NCBI GenBank assembly: GCA_963722255.1
Contig: CAVRJO010000002.1
Coordinates: forward strand, 448,001-512,000
Direction of reading: 5' to 3'
DNA from: Candidatus Babeliales bacterium
GTDB taxonomy: Bacteria > Babelota > Babeliae > Babelales > JANWKD01
DNA: 64,000 nucleotides
Positions 50,572-60,160 of this stretch are shown here, one piece after another. Position numbers and translations under genes: made by a program. The number at the start of each line of letters is the position of its first letter. The stretch's first letter is position 1. The notes under the pieces were generated by a model that saw only the letters and a program-made list of their open reading frames with translations, was not told where the DNA came from and searched no databases.

Positions 50572-51102
50572 ATGAATATATATTTATTTCTAATGGCGTT
50601 ATTTATTACGCCGCAACTATTATTTTCTAATCATGAGAATAATAATAAAAAATTTTCTCCATCCCAACTACATTCGCAAAAATTTAATCCTTCATCTTCA
50701 GAGTTCATTAATATAGAAAATAAAATTCTTCCTAATAAAGACAAGGATAAATTACAAGCTTTAAAAAACAAATTAAATACTAAATTGCTCAAAAATGAGC
50801 AATTGCAAAATAACCATGAAGGGCGGTTTAAAAAATTATTTGCTTTGTCACTGGCTAGCGCTGTAGTTAGAAGTTTAATCCCCTTCTTTGGCGAAGGTCT
50901 GATTATGACTCCATTTATCGCTATTGCTGACGGACTTTGTTTTTTTAGTTTTTGTGAAGGATGGGCATCTTTATCCAAAGCAAAGGATTGCGCTAATAAT
51001 GTTTGCATTACTCAAACGAAGCTTCAATCAGTTGATATGTCACTACAAGCCATTGAATCAAATTTAGAGGATATAAAAAAAGAAAAATCTAATCAACAAT
51101 AG
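50572..51102 (+). CDS. Secreted hypothetical protein with a TM hairpin
   Basis: Signal peptide; near-identical truncated copy at 56195. Confidence 0.75.
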   Translation: MNIYLFLMALFITPQLLFSNHENNNKKFSPSQLHSQKFNPSSSEFINIENKILPNKDKDKLQALKNKLNTKLLKNEQLQNNHEGRFKKLFALSLASAVVRSLIPFFGEGLIMTPFIAIADGLCFFSFCEGWASLSKAKDCANNVCITQTKLQSVDMSLQAIESNLEDIKKEKSNQQ

Positions 51103-51129
51103 AAAATAAGCTTCTAATAAACAAAGGTA

Positions 51130-52248
51130 TCATAATATAATTTTACTTTCTTTATATCGGATATGATCATAAATATCGGCATTAATCGAATAATACCACG
51201 CACTTATCAAGCCTATTGCAACCCCCCCTAAAATATATACATTTTGATATTCATTAGATTCGCTTTGCTTACCGGAATTGAGTAAAGGCAAATTATTTAT
51301 ATATGAAGCACCAAAACCCCCAACCCCAAATGCTATTGGGCGAATGGCCATATTAACAACTAATGTAATACGGTCAAAAGAGCAAAAAAGGCGTCTATGC
51401 CAGTCTTTTAAAGGCCGCATATAATTCCACTTAGTTGCATTCAAAGCAATAACCTTAGCTTGATCTGATAATGGATTATTCCTAAGATCAACCACACACC
51501 CTTCGTTGACTTTAAAAACCGGAATTGTTACAAGCATATTGTTTGACAGATTTAAGATAAAAAAATCCGGTAAACGATAGGGTAATTTTATTTGCTCCAA
51601 TTGATTATGACCAAGATCAAGTTGCTTTAAATTTGGAAATAACTTAAAAAGTTTATTTACGTTTACAAATCTTAATCGATTGTTATTTAAATTTATTGAT
51701 TCAGTAGAATCATTTGCCAGAGCACGAATTCCACCCAAATAACATACTTTTTTATCTACAAAATATAATTTTTTGGAACCAATTAATTCTCTTGAAACGG
51801 AAGCAATTGATTTTAGGCATTCATATAATCCCGGTAATTCTTTATTAATTTCATTTAAAGGCAAAATATCCCAAGCTCTTTTTTTAATTTTCTTAAGAAT
51901 TTTTTTTGGTGCTTCTAATGCATCAGCCAGTATAAAAATATCTTTTATTTTTTCCGCTTTACATCTTTCAGCCATTTCGTGTTTCATAATAAAGGATAAT
52001 AGTTGAAGGTTATCTTTGGAAAAAGCAGGTGTATCTTGTAATGAAAACTTAGTTACACTATCATCCTTTATGTCATCAGATTTTATATTCCATTTTTCTA
52101 TCACACCAAGCAGGCAAGCATCATCTTCAGGAATGCCAAATACAATTCCGTCAGCATCTTCGATAATAATTTCTTTGTTTTGTCGTTCCATAGCTACAAG
52201 AATAGAATTAGATAACAATAGAAATGAAAGCAGCAATAGTTTACGCAT
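51130..52248 (-). CDS. Secreted BTB/Skp1-like + leucine-rich-repeat protein with a C-terminal TM pair
   Basis: IIIEDADGIVFGI...IFILADALE; LRRs LDLGHNQL, LNLSNNML, VDLRNNPL; start MRKLL. Confidence 0.72.
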   Translation of the reverse strand: MRKLLLLSFLLLSNSILVAMERQNKEIIIEDADGIVFGIPEDDACLLGVIEKWNIKSDDIKDDSVTKFSLQDTPAFSKDNLQLLSFIMKHEMAERCKAEKIKDIFILADALEAPKKILKKIKKRAWDILPLNEINKELPGLYECLKSIASVSRELIGSKKLYFVDKKVCYLGGIRALANDSTESINLNNNRLRFVNVNKLFKLFPNLKQLDLGHNQLEQIKLPYRLPDFFILNLSNNMLVTIPVFKVNEGCVVDLRNNPLSDQAKVIALNATKWNYMRPLKDWHRRLFCSFDRITLVVNMAIRPIAFGVGGFGASYINNLPLLNSGKQSESNEYQNVYILGGVAIGLISAWYYSINADIYDHIRYKESKIIL

Positions 52249-52441
52249 TATAGAAGCCTTAAGAAAGATATAATTATTTTTAGTATTTAAATATAACAAG
52301 ATGATAACAATTATGAGCTGGTTGCTCAATAGTATTATTTAATGATAATCATCAATACAAAAATATTTATTGCTTCTCTTGAAGATATTTTTTCTCTATG
52401 AAAATATGCAAGGTAAACCGCCTGCGCTAAAAACTTATATA

Positions 52442-52680
52442 ACTCGAATTCGATAATTTAAATTACAAGTCTACAAGCAAGAATTGTATGAACATCAATA
52501 ATGTCATCACGAGGAACGAAACAAAGTGTAGTGACGTGGTGACCCAGTAATAAAATGAAAAAGTCTTTATAACTGGGTTGCTTCGCATTCACTCGCAATG
52601 ACAATCGTAAAATTATTCTCTAAAGCAAAGTATTGATTTTATGCTGATTTTTTCATTTTTTGTTACTATCGAATTCGAAT
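52442..52680. mobile_element. MITE with A(C/T)TCGAATTCGATA ends (IS982-like) containing the minimal REP copy (52503-52602)
   Basis: Inverted ends at 52442-52455 and 52667-52680, flanked by TATATA on both sides. Confidence 0.7.
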
Positions 52681-55382
52681 TATATAAGCTTGTATTGCTT
52701 CAAGCGACGATTAATAGATGATCTATTAACCCCTAAGAAATCAGCAACCCTGCTTTGCGTTTTGAGCTTACGCAAAAGCATAGCTAGTACTTTCGGATCT
52801 TTGAGTGCTTTTTTCCCTAATTTAGCAGCTTGGGCTAATTCAGGATCAGAAATTGAATACGCTGCTTCAAACTTAATTTCATGAAAAATATCTTGTTTTT
52901 GCGATTTTTTCACTAATGCATTTTTCACTTTGGTTTTAAATTCATGCAAACTTATTGCACGCTCTTGCATCATTCTATACTTTTCATGCGCTGACAACTC
53001 AAGAAGATTCTTTAAAGGAGAGGCTGCAACTGCTTGTTCAGTAAATCCACTTATAAGTTCATCAAGTTCTTGTTCAGGCAACGTTAAAAATGATGGTAAA
53101 GTTAAGGTAGTTTCCTTAAGTTCATCAAAAAGAACCTTAGAAAATTTACCCTCCTGCACAAGATTTTGTAAGTCTTGATTTGTTGAACATAAGATACGCA
53201 CTGAGCTGAAAAGTTTATACGTACTTTTATACATGCAGTAGTGGCCATACTTAATATAATTTGCCAACATAGCCTGAATGTCTAAATCTAACAGATGAAT
53301 ATTTTCAATAAAAAGTGTTCCGGATTCTTGCAATTGCTCAAACAGAGGTTTCTCTCCATCATTTTGCTGAGCCTTGCTATATAAAGGGTTAATACCAAAA
53401 AGCCTGATGGCAACGTCAGCCATGGATGCTTCTTGATCGATCACAAAATGGTAGAGCGCTTTACGCAATGAAATATAGTGAATTATTTCAGCTGTTGGCA
53501 AAAGGTCATCCTGTGGCATATCTAGCAACAAAGCCTTTTTACTAATCGACATACTCAAAAGATCAATTTTAAAACGCATTAATTGCGCACCGGAACCCGG
53601 AATCATTTGATTAATCAACTGCCCTGATTTTGTTGTTTCAAGGCAAAGCACATAATGCCAATCGGTTGGATTACCAATTTTATCCATTTGATATTTAAGA
53701 ACATCAGAGATCTCGGGATAATAGGCAATAATAATTACATTATTACGTTCCAAATTCGGAATGCCTAATAAAACGAGCTTATTTCCCTGAGCATCATAGG
53801 TAAAAATCGTTTGCGTTGATTTATAATTTTCAACCTCCTGTGCGACACGTTTTAATGCCTGGGCAAGAGGATGTCCTTCTTGCATATTAACATTAATGGT
53901 AATGATCTCTTTTGCAGCCTGATTTGCAAAAACGAATTTACGATATTTATAGAAAAGCAGCCCTATCTTACGTTGTTTATCATTGCGCATAAATGCACTA
54001 ATCGATTCTTGATAATGAGTAATCTCTCGATGCTGATGATAAACCTCTTCGCTTAATGCTTTTTCGCGCTCTAAAACACTGTTTAAGGTGCTATAATGGA
54101 GAAGATTGATGACTTTGCCTAAATATCCGGCAACTACAACAAGTTCATCATGCTCTACATCGCTGAAAAATTTATTATGACGAGCATCGCATTCTATGAT
54201 AACATACCCAACGAGAATATTTTTTTCAAAAATTGGCAAAAAGACATCTGCTCGTAATTGATCAAGAAACTCTATGATTGTTGTTAATGATTCTTGTTCT
54301 TGATAAAAATTACTAAAAACCAGTTCATCTTTAATAAAAATTTTCGCTTTTTTCATGAGACCAATAATCGAATCATTATTGGCCAATATATTTTCTACTA
54401 TCGTTTCTTGAGCAGATAATTTTCGTACATCATCTTGAGCTGAGTAGATCAATTCGTTTTTACGTAAATAAATGTTAACTTTACTTGGGCTCACATCAAA
54501 TGCTTCTTTGAAAAATCCTTGAACTATATGGCCCATTTCGCCTAACGTAGTGCTATGACTTAGATCTTCTAAGACCCTTTTAAATTCTGTTATGAAATCG
54601 AATTTCTCCGGAGATTGCACATGTTCTTGGAAATTGAGGAATCGCAGACCCATTATTTTATGAATACAGAAACAAATTGCTATGGTAAGGAGCAACGTAG
54701 AAATACTACTTGTTAAATAGCTATTTTTAAAAAAAGAAACCAGAAAAAAACTCTGCGCACATTCTGCAAAAATATAGGGAAAAATAAGATAGGTAAGCAG
54801 TATCGTACATTGCCTTTTCAATATTTTGGGGAATGAAGCTTTTTTTAATCTTCTTAAAGACAGCAAACTTGGCAATACAAGCATTAAAAACATATATACT
54901 GAACTAAAACCAATAACCTTTTTCTCAAGCCACGAACGCTCATAAAGATTTATATCGAATTGGAAAAATGCAAGATACATAAAATATAGTATAATACAAC
55001 CATTAAAAATCAGCAGTATAGATTGATATAAGTGTATTTTATACTTCTTTTCACAAATACTTTCAAGAAGAGCACTTAATGATTGAAATTGAATTAAACT
55101 AAACGCCCAAGACAGACGAACAAAAAAAATTATAATTCGATAATCCAACGTAATAAAAAAATTCTCTCTTAACAGCTTAATAATCCAAGTAAAATCAGCA
55201 AACATTCCACCTATCAATACTCCAAACAAAAGCAATAAAGGTTTGGTAATATTACTTTTTTTTAGCGCTTGCATACCCAAAAAAAACACAATATACAATT
55301 TGACAATAAATGCTAATATTTCAACACTCAAAAGCAAAAGTGAACTTTGAAAAATTGTACTTATACTAAATAAATTTGTCAT
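52680..55382 (-). CDS. Membrane-bound (multi-TM) regulator with GAF-like, degenerate NtrC-type AAA and Fis-like HTH domains
   Basis: GTLFIENI, VRILCSTNQDL...VQEGKF; C-terminal QSRVADFLGVNRSSINRRLK. Confidence 0.78.
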   Translation of the reverse strand: MTNLFSISTIFQSSLLLLSVEILAFIVKLYIVFFLGMQALKKSNITKPLLLLFGVLIGGMFADFTWIIKLLRENFFITLDYRIIIFFVRLSWAFSLIQFQSLSALLESICEKKYKIHLYQSILLIFNGCIILYFMYLAFFQFDINLYERSWLEKKVIGFSSVYMFLMLVLPSLLSLRRLKKASFPKILKRQCTILLTYLIFPYIFAECAQSFFLVSFFKNSYLTSSISTLLLTIAICFCIHKIMGLRFLNFQEHVQSPEKFDFITEFKRVLEDLSHSTTLGEMGHIVQGFFKEAFDVSPSKVNIYLRKNELIYSAQDDVRKLSAQETIVENILANNDSIIGLMKKAKIFIKDELVFSNFYQEQESLTTIIEFLDQLRADVFLPIFEKNILVGYVIIECDARHNKFFSDVEHDELVVVAGYLGKVINLLHYSTLNSVLEREKALSEEVYHQHREITHYQESISAFMRNDKQRKIGLLFYKYRKFVFANQAAKEIITINVNMQEGHPLAQALKRVAQEVENYKSTQTIFTYDAQGNKLVLLGIPNLERNNVIIIAYYPEISDVLKYQMDKIGNPTDWHYVLCLETTKSGQLINQMIPGSGAQLMRFKIDLLSMSISKKALLLDMPQDDLLPTAEIIHYISLRKALYHFVIDQEASMADVAIRLFGINPLYSKAQQNDGEKPLFEQLQESGTLFIENIHLLDLDIQAMLANYIKYGHYCMYKSTYKLFSSVRILCSTNQDLQNLVQEGKFSKVLFDELKETTLTLPSFLTLPEQELDELISGFTEQAVAASPLKNLLELSAHEKYRMMQERAISLHEFKTKVKNALVKKSQKQDIFHEIKFEAAYSISDPELAQAAKLGKKALKDPKVLAMLLRKLKTQSRVADFLGVNRSSINRRLKQYKLI

Positions 55383-55815
55383 ACCAATTGCTCTCTAATT
55401 AATATTCTCGTATACTACTTTTTGTATAATCTTTAATTTATCACTCATTTATAAAGGTGCCCCATGGTAAACAATAATTTAATTGTTTCACTTATTTGTA
55501 ACATTAACAAAATCTTGTTAGTAGCTTTGCTTTTAGTTGATGTGTTTCCTCCATGTGATTAATCCATTGTGATTAATTATAGCATAAAACACTGATTTAT
55601 AAACAAAAGCATAAAAAAAGATTAGAATGAGCATAGTATAAAAAGGCTAGAAATTCATAAAGAAATTCTAGCCTTTATCTCTTTATCGCAATTTAATTCA
55701 ATTATAAAATATCTGCCATAATTTTAACCTCTTTTTACAAACTCTTGTTCTGCACAACAAAAACTCAGTACTTTCAAAAATAATATTTTCATACTCTCAA
55801 ATAAGGAGACTCGCT

Positions 55816-55995
55816 ATGTTTTTAGATTGGTCAATTATCTTCTTTGTTCTTGCTTTAATAGCAGGATTTCTTGGTTTTTCAGGAATTTCAGCTGAAGCCG
55901 CAGGAATTGCAAAAATTTTATTCTTTATTTTTTTAATAGTATTCGTGATCTCATTCTTAATGCGCATGATGGGCAAAAAACCTCCTGTTGAATAA
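55816..55995 (+). CDS. DUF1328/UPF0391 small membrane protein (not in ORF track)
   Basis: MFLDWSIIFFVLALIAGFLGFSGISAEAAGIAKILFFIFL...; AAGGAG RBS. Confidence 0.9.
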   Translation: MFLDWSIIFFVLALIAGFLGFSGISAEAAGIAKILFFIFLIVFVISFLMRMMGKKPPVE

Positions 55996-56109
55996 AAAGA
56001 AATATCTCTTATTTTAAACTAAGGAGCCCAATATTTTCTGGGGCCCTTTTAACATACGGTATTTTGAAGAAACAAATTACCCTACTATCTTATTAGAAGC
56101 TGATTATAA

Positions 56110-56659
56110 AAATCCCCATAGATTCGCAAAATATAAAATATTTTGTACTATAAATAGTAATTAACTAAAAGATGTCAATTTTGAGGGGTATTCTATGAAT
56201 ATATATTTATTTCTAATGGCATTATTTATTGCGCCGCAACTAGCATTTTCTAATCATGAGAATAATAATAAAAAATTTTCTCCACCCCAACTACATTCGC
56301 AAAAATTTAATCCTTCATCTTCAGAGTTCATTAATATAGAAAATAAAATTCTTCCTAATAAAGACAAGGATGAATTACAAGCTTTAAAAAATAAATTAAA
56401 TACTAAATTGCTCAAAAATGAGCAATTGCAAAATAACCATGAAGGGCGGTTTAAAAAATTATTTGCTTTGTCACTGGCTAGCGCTGTAGTTAGAAGTTTA
56501 ATCCCCTTCTTTGGCGAAGGTCTGATTATGACTCCATTTATCGCTATTGCTGACGGACTTTGTTTTTTTAGTTTTTGTGAAGGATGGGCATCTTTATCCA
56601 AAGCAAAGGATTGCGCTAATAATGTTTGCATTACTCAAACGAAGCTTCAATCAGTTGAT
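56110..56659 (+). repeat. About 550-bp direct repeat of 50486-51036, containing the 3'-truncated gene copy 56195-56680
   Basis: Near-identical DNA up to ...tcagttgat, then unrelated sequence. Confidence 0.92.
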
Positions 56660-56729
56660 GTGGCTCTTTTTTCATCATGAAATATTATTAATAAGGTATT
56701 TTTATTGCCAAAAATACTGTAAAAATACC

Positions 56730-57323
56730 TTAACTAGCCACTTTATTCTTGCGATTTTGTTTATCAAAATCACGTTGTTCGTGCACAAATCTATAATCAG
56801 TAACCACTAGACGGCGAATACGTTCAAGCTTATTAACCAGAATATCTATCTGATTTCTTGTAGCCGCATCCGTATATAAAAATTCAGAAAGCCATAAACG
56901 ACGAATATACCAATCTAGATTGTTTTTATAATATAACAATGGATAATTTTTATATTTACTCTGTATAAAGAAATAGAGGCTATTATTGCGATCATGCTGC
57001 TCAAGAATAAATGGTATCAGCTCCTCTTGCAATACTTGCTCATTAAACGTTGCACGCAATAAAAGATCAAGCTCTGCTTCATAACGATAGAGAGCTACTG
57101 AATAGATACCGGCACTACAAAGACGCGCAATAAGATAACAACCTGCTGCACTAACAACTACCCCGGTAGTAGCAAGCGCAATATCTTTGATCGACATTCC
57201 TTGTTCATGAGTACCATGGGTAGAATAGGGATCATTCTGCCGAGTAGCATTAGATGAAGCGGTTATCAGATTTAGTAGTAAGATTACACAAAAAAATCGT
57301 TTACTTTTATGAATAGTGACCAT
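56730..57323 (-). CDS. Secreted hypothetical protein with a TM segment
   Basis: Signal-like N-terminus and a hydrophobic segment; start uncertain. Confidence 0.65.
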   Translation of the reverse strand: MVTIHKSKRFFCVILLLNLITASSNATRQNDPYSTHGTHEQGMSIKDIALATTGVVVSAAGCYLIARLCSAGIYSVALYRYEAELDLLLRATFNEQVLQEELIPFILEQHDRNNSLYFFIQSKYKNYPLLYYKNNLDWYIRRLWLSEFLYTDAATRNQIDILVNKLERIRRLVVTDYRFVHEQRDFDKQNRKNKVAS

Positions 57324-57425
57324 TATTTTTTTCCTTAAAGTACAATTAGAAGTATTTACTCTACTCAACCATTATCTTACCTATTTCTAATTAAAAAGTC
57401 ATGAAACATTATTTACAGACTTTGT

Positions 57426-58481
57426 TTACACAATATTTTCTTTTTCTTGAACTGAAAAATCAATAAGATCTTGTGGTCCAACATCCAATGCAGTTCGTGT
57501 TTTGACAATAGATTCTTGTATTTTTTTATATATATTTTTTTTGTGCCTATAGCCCGGAATGGCCGATTTTTTACACATACGCAATGACCATAACATCCAG
57601 GCTGAACCTACCAAAGCATTAAGAGATCCTAGTGCAATACATGAATTTTTATACTCAAAATCTGCACTCGTTGAAAAAAATAGTAAAAAAATATTAAGGC
57701 TAAAAAAACTAATCGACGCCGTATTCATCGATGTTAAACAAAAATTCCAACCCAAAGGCTTCTTAGGATTTCTATCGTGCGCTTTTTTTAGTAAAAAATC
57801 GAGATGTGCCAGATATACATGATGAATCTCTAAATATTCATCAGCTTCAGGAACTAAAAATAGTTCACATTTCAAATCCTCAAGACTATTCAACTGATCA
57901 CCCCATTGCAAGCGCGCTGTTTCCCGTTTTACCGATTGTGTAAAATCTTTCAGTTCATTTTCAAAATCACGAAGATCTGAAAGCTCCTGTGTGCAATAAT
58001 TCTCCAATGAAAATAAGGTATGTAAATAATTCCTACATTGTTTATGAATTGAATTATTGTGTAAGGGTGGTACATAATGCTGAAATTTAAGCAATTCATC
58101 GAGTATCCTTGCACGTTCAAGAGAAATATCTTTTGTTGGATCACTCTTATGAAACTGTCCAATTAATGAACCTATTTTAGCCCTCACAATTGCATTAACA
58201 ACATCTTGATTTGGTTCATAATGATGAATCAAATAGTTCAATCCAATGCCATGCGGATCACAATAACGGAAAATTATATCTATTAATTCGATAGGCAACC
58301 TGTCAAATAATGATTGTTCTTTGAATGAATCATAGCTTTGTATAGCCTGATCTGTAAGCAAGGGTGTTTTTGATAAATTCTTGCAATCACCTTCCATACT
58401 GTTGAGCGCTAGAATACTCATAACGCAAAGATCTAATAAGAGCACTATAAATAAAACTATTCTTTTTTTGACAAAGAGCAT
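57426..58481 (-). CDS. Secreted F-box-like protein with a C-terminal TM pair
   Basis: LFDRLPIELIDIIFRYC; start MLFVKK. Confidence 0.72.
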   Translation of the reverse strand: MLFVKKRIVLFIVLLLDLCVMSILALNSMEGDCKNLSKTPLLTDQAIQSYDSFKEQSLFDRLPIELIDIIFRYCDPHGIGLNYLIHHYEPNQDVVNAIVRAKIGSLIGQFHKSDPTKDISLERARILDELLKFQHYVPPLHNNSIHKQCRNYLHTLFSLENYCTQELSDLRDFENELKDFTQSVKRETARLQWGDQLNSLEDLKCELFLVPEADEYLEIHHVYLAHLDFLLKKAHDRNPKKPLGWNFCLTSMNTASISFFSLNIFLLFFSTSADFEYKNSCIALGSLNALVGSAWMLWSLRMCKKSAIPGYRHKKNIYKKIQESIVKTRTALDVGPQDLIDFSVQEKENIV

Positions 58482-58616
58482 ATGCACCCCCCTTATACAA
58501 AGCTTGAATATGCAAAATGTCCCTTGCATTCACTGCATTTATTTATTATTCTCACCTATATAAAGTTCCATAAAACAAATCTATCATCTTATTGCTCAAT
58601 AAGGGAACAGTTCGCC

Positions 58617-59537
58617 ATGAAAACAAAAACAGTTTTAGAAGCCATCGGCAATACACCGATTGTAGAAGTTAATTTTGATACTCCGCCTACCATTTTAGCA
58701 AAACTTGAATATCTTAATCCCGGCGGTAGCATAAAAGACCGTTCAGCTCTTTTCATGATTGAAGAAGCAGAAAAAAAAGGTATTTTAAAACCGGGTGGAA
58801 CTCTACTTGAGGCATCATCAGGAAACCAAGGAATAGCAACAGCTCTGATTGGTGCTGCAAAAGGGTATAGGGTTATTATCACAACAAATAATAAATTCAG
58901 TTCAGAAAAAATTAATACCATACGCGCTTATGGTGCTGAAATTGTTATGTGTCCTGCAACAAAATTTGTAGATGATCCAGAAAGTTACCACAGTACTGCG
59001 GTAGCATTACAAAAAAAAATTCCCAACTCATTTCTTTTAAATCAATATTATAATATGTCCAACGCAAAAGCTCATTATAGTTCTCTCGGACCTGAAATTT
59101 GGCAGCAAACAGATGGGAAGATTACACACTTTTTTGCTGCTGCAGGAACATGCGGAACCATTACGGGTGTAGCGCGCTCTTTAAAAGAAAAAAATTCATT
59201 AATCAAAACAATAGCCTGCGATGCGGCAACGTCATTTCATGCAACAAAAGGCAATCCAATCAGCTACAAGCTTGAAGGTATTGGCGTAGATTTTGAAACA
59301 CCAATTCTTAACGCTTATCAAAATCATATTGACGAATTTATAGGCGTTACCGATAATGATGGACTTGCAATGCTCAAAACTATGGCACGTAATCATGGTA
59401 TATTGTGCGGTCCTAGCAGCGGTGCGGTTGCGCATGCAGTCTATGAATATTCAAAAAAACTGTCGCCAAATGATATTGTCGTGATGATTATGGGCGATTC
59501 TGGAAGAGCGTATTTAAGCAAAGAATATTATTATTAA
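58617..59537 (+). CDS. PLP-dependent cysteine synthase / cystathionine beta-synthase family
   Basis: IGNTP, KLEYLNPGGSIKDR, SSGNQG, GTCGT, GPSSG. Confidence 0.93.
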   Translation: MKTKTVLEAIGNTPIVEVNFDTPPTILAKLEYLNPGGSIKDRSALFMIEEAEKKGILKPGGTLLEASSGNQGIATALIGAAKGYRVIITTNNKFSSEKINTIRAYGAEIVMCPATKFVDDPESYHSTAVALQKKIPNSFLLNQYYNMSNAKAHYSSLGPEIWQQTDGKITHFFAAAGTCGTITGVARSLKEKNSLIKTIACDAATSFHATKGNPISYKLEGIGVDFETPILNAYQNHIDEFIGVTDNDGLAMLKTMARNHGILCGPSSGAVAHAVYEYSKKLSPNDIVVMIMGDSGRAYLSKEYYY

Positions 59538-59607
59538 AGCTATTTTTGTTCAGCAAAATAGCTTTAATACAAAAACAATTTAACATAAAAATAATTTTAT
59601 TTAATAA

Positions 59608-59830
59608 AAATCCCCGCAGCAAGCTGCTGAGTATTTTTCTATGAAACGAAGCAAGCTTCGGGGAATTAAACCGCAAGGTATTAAAGGTATTGCATGCCCA
59701 ATACCTTTAATACAAGGGCACCAACAGTTCCTTTGGATCCCTTCTCCCGCACAAATGATGAACCACTCCATCATTGATGCTTGTAGCATCAAGATTCCGG
59801 ATTCACAATGCGCTACCGGAAACATTTTTT
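59608..59830 (+). repeat. Palindromic element cluster (GCAGCAAGCTGC / GAAGCAAGCTTC hairpins plus hairpin element copy B)
   Basis: 15-bp stem 59678-59713 followed by AAGGGCACC, as in copy A. Confidence 0.65.
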
Positions 59831-59888
59831 AAGTTTTTAATAAGTACAACAAAACTTATATATCAATGCTGAAAACAAGTACACAACC

Positions 59889-60100
59889 GTCATCCCGAGC
59901 GAATGCGTGGGGACCCAGTTATACAATTAAGTCCTATTGTCATCCAGAGAATTTTCACGTAGTGAAATTCGTGCGTGGCGTGCCAGCCAAAGCTTGCCAA
60001 GCAGGAAGGCCTGGATAAGCGGCGGCTGGGGGACCCAGTAATAAATCAACTTCCTATGTCATCCAGAAGATTTTACTTCATAAAATCTGTGGGATCCAGT
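59889..60100 (+). repeat. Three tandem REP-like units GTCATCC...GGGA(C/T)CCAGT
   Basis: Units 59889-59919, 59939-60039 (with nested insert) and 60058-60100. Confidence 0.8.
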
Positions 60101-60160
60101 TATAAAATCAAATTCCAATAAACTTACGTTTATTGGAAAAATCTCTAGCATCAATATTAC

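Noticed and set aside
59889..60100. Possible CRISPR array
   Set aside because: Units vary in length and interior, spacers resemble each other, and no cas genes are present; REP-like instead
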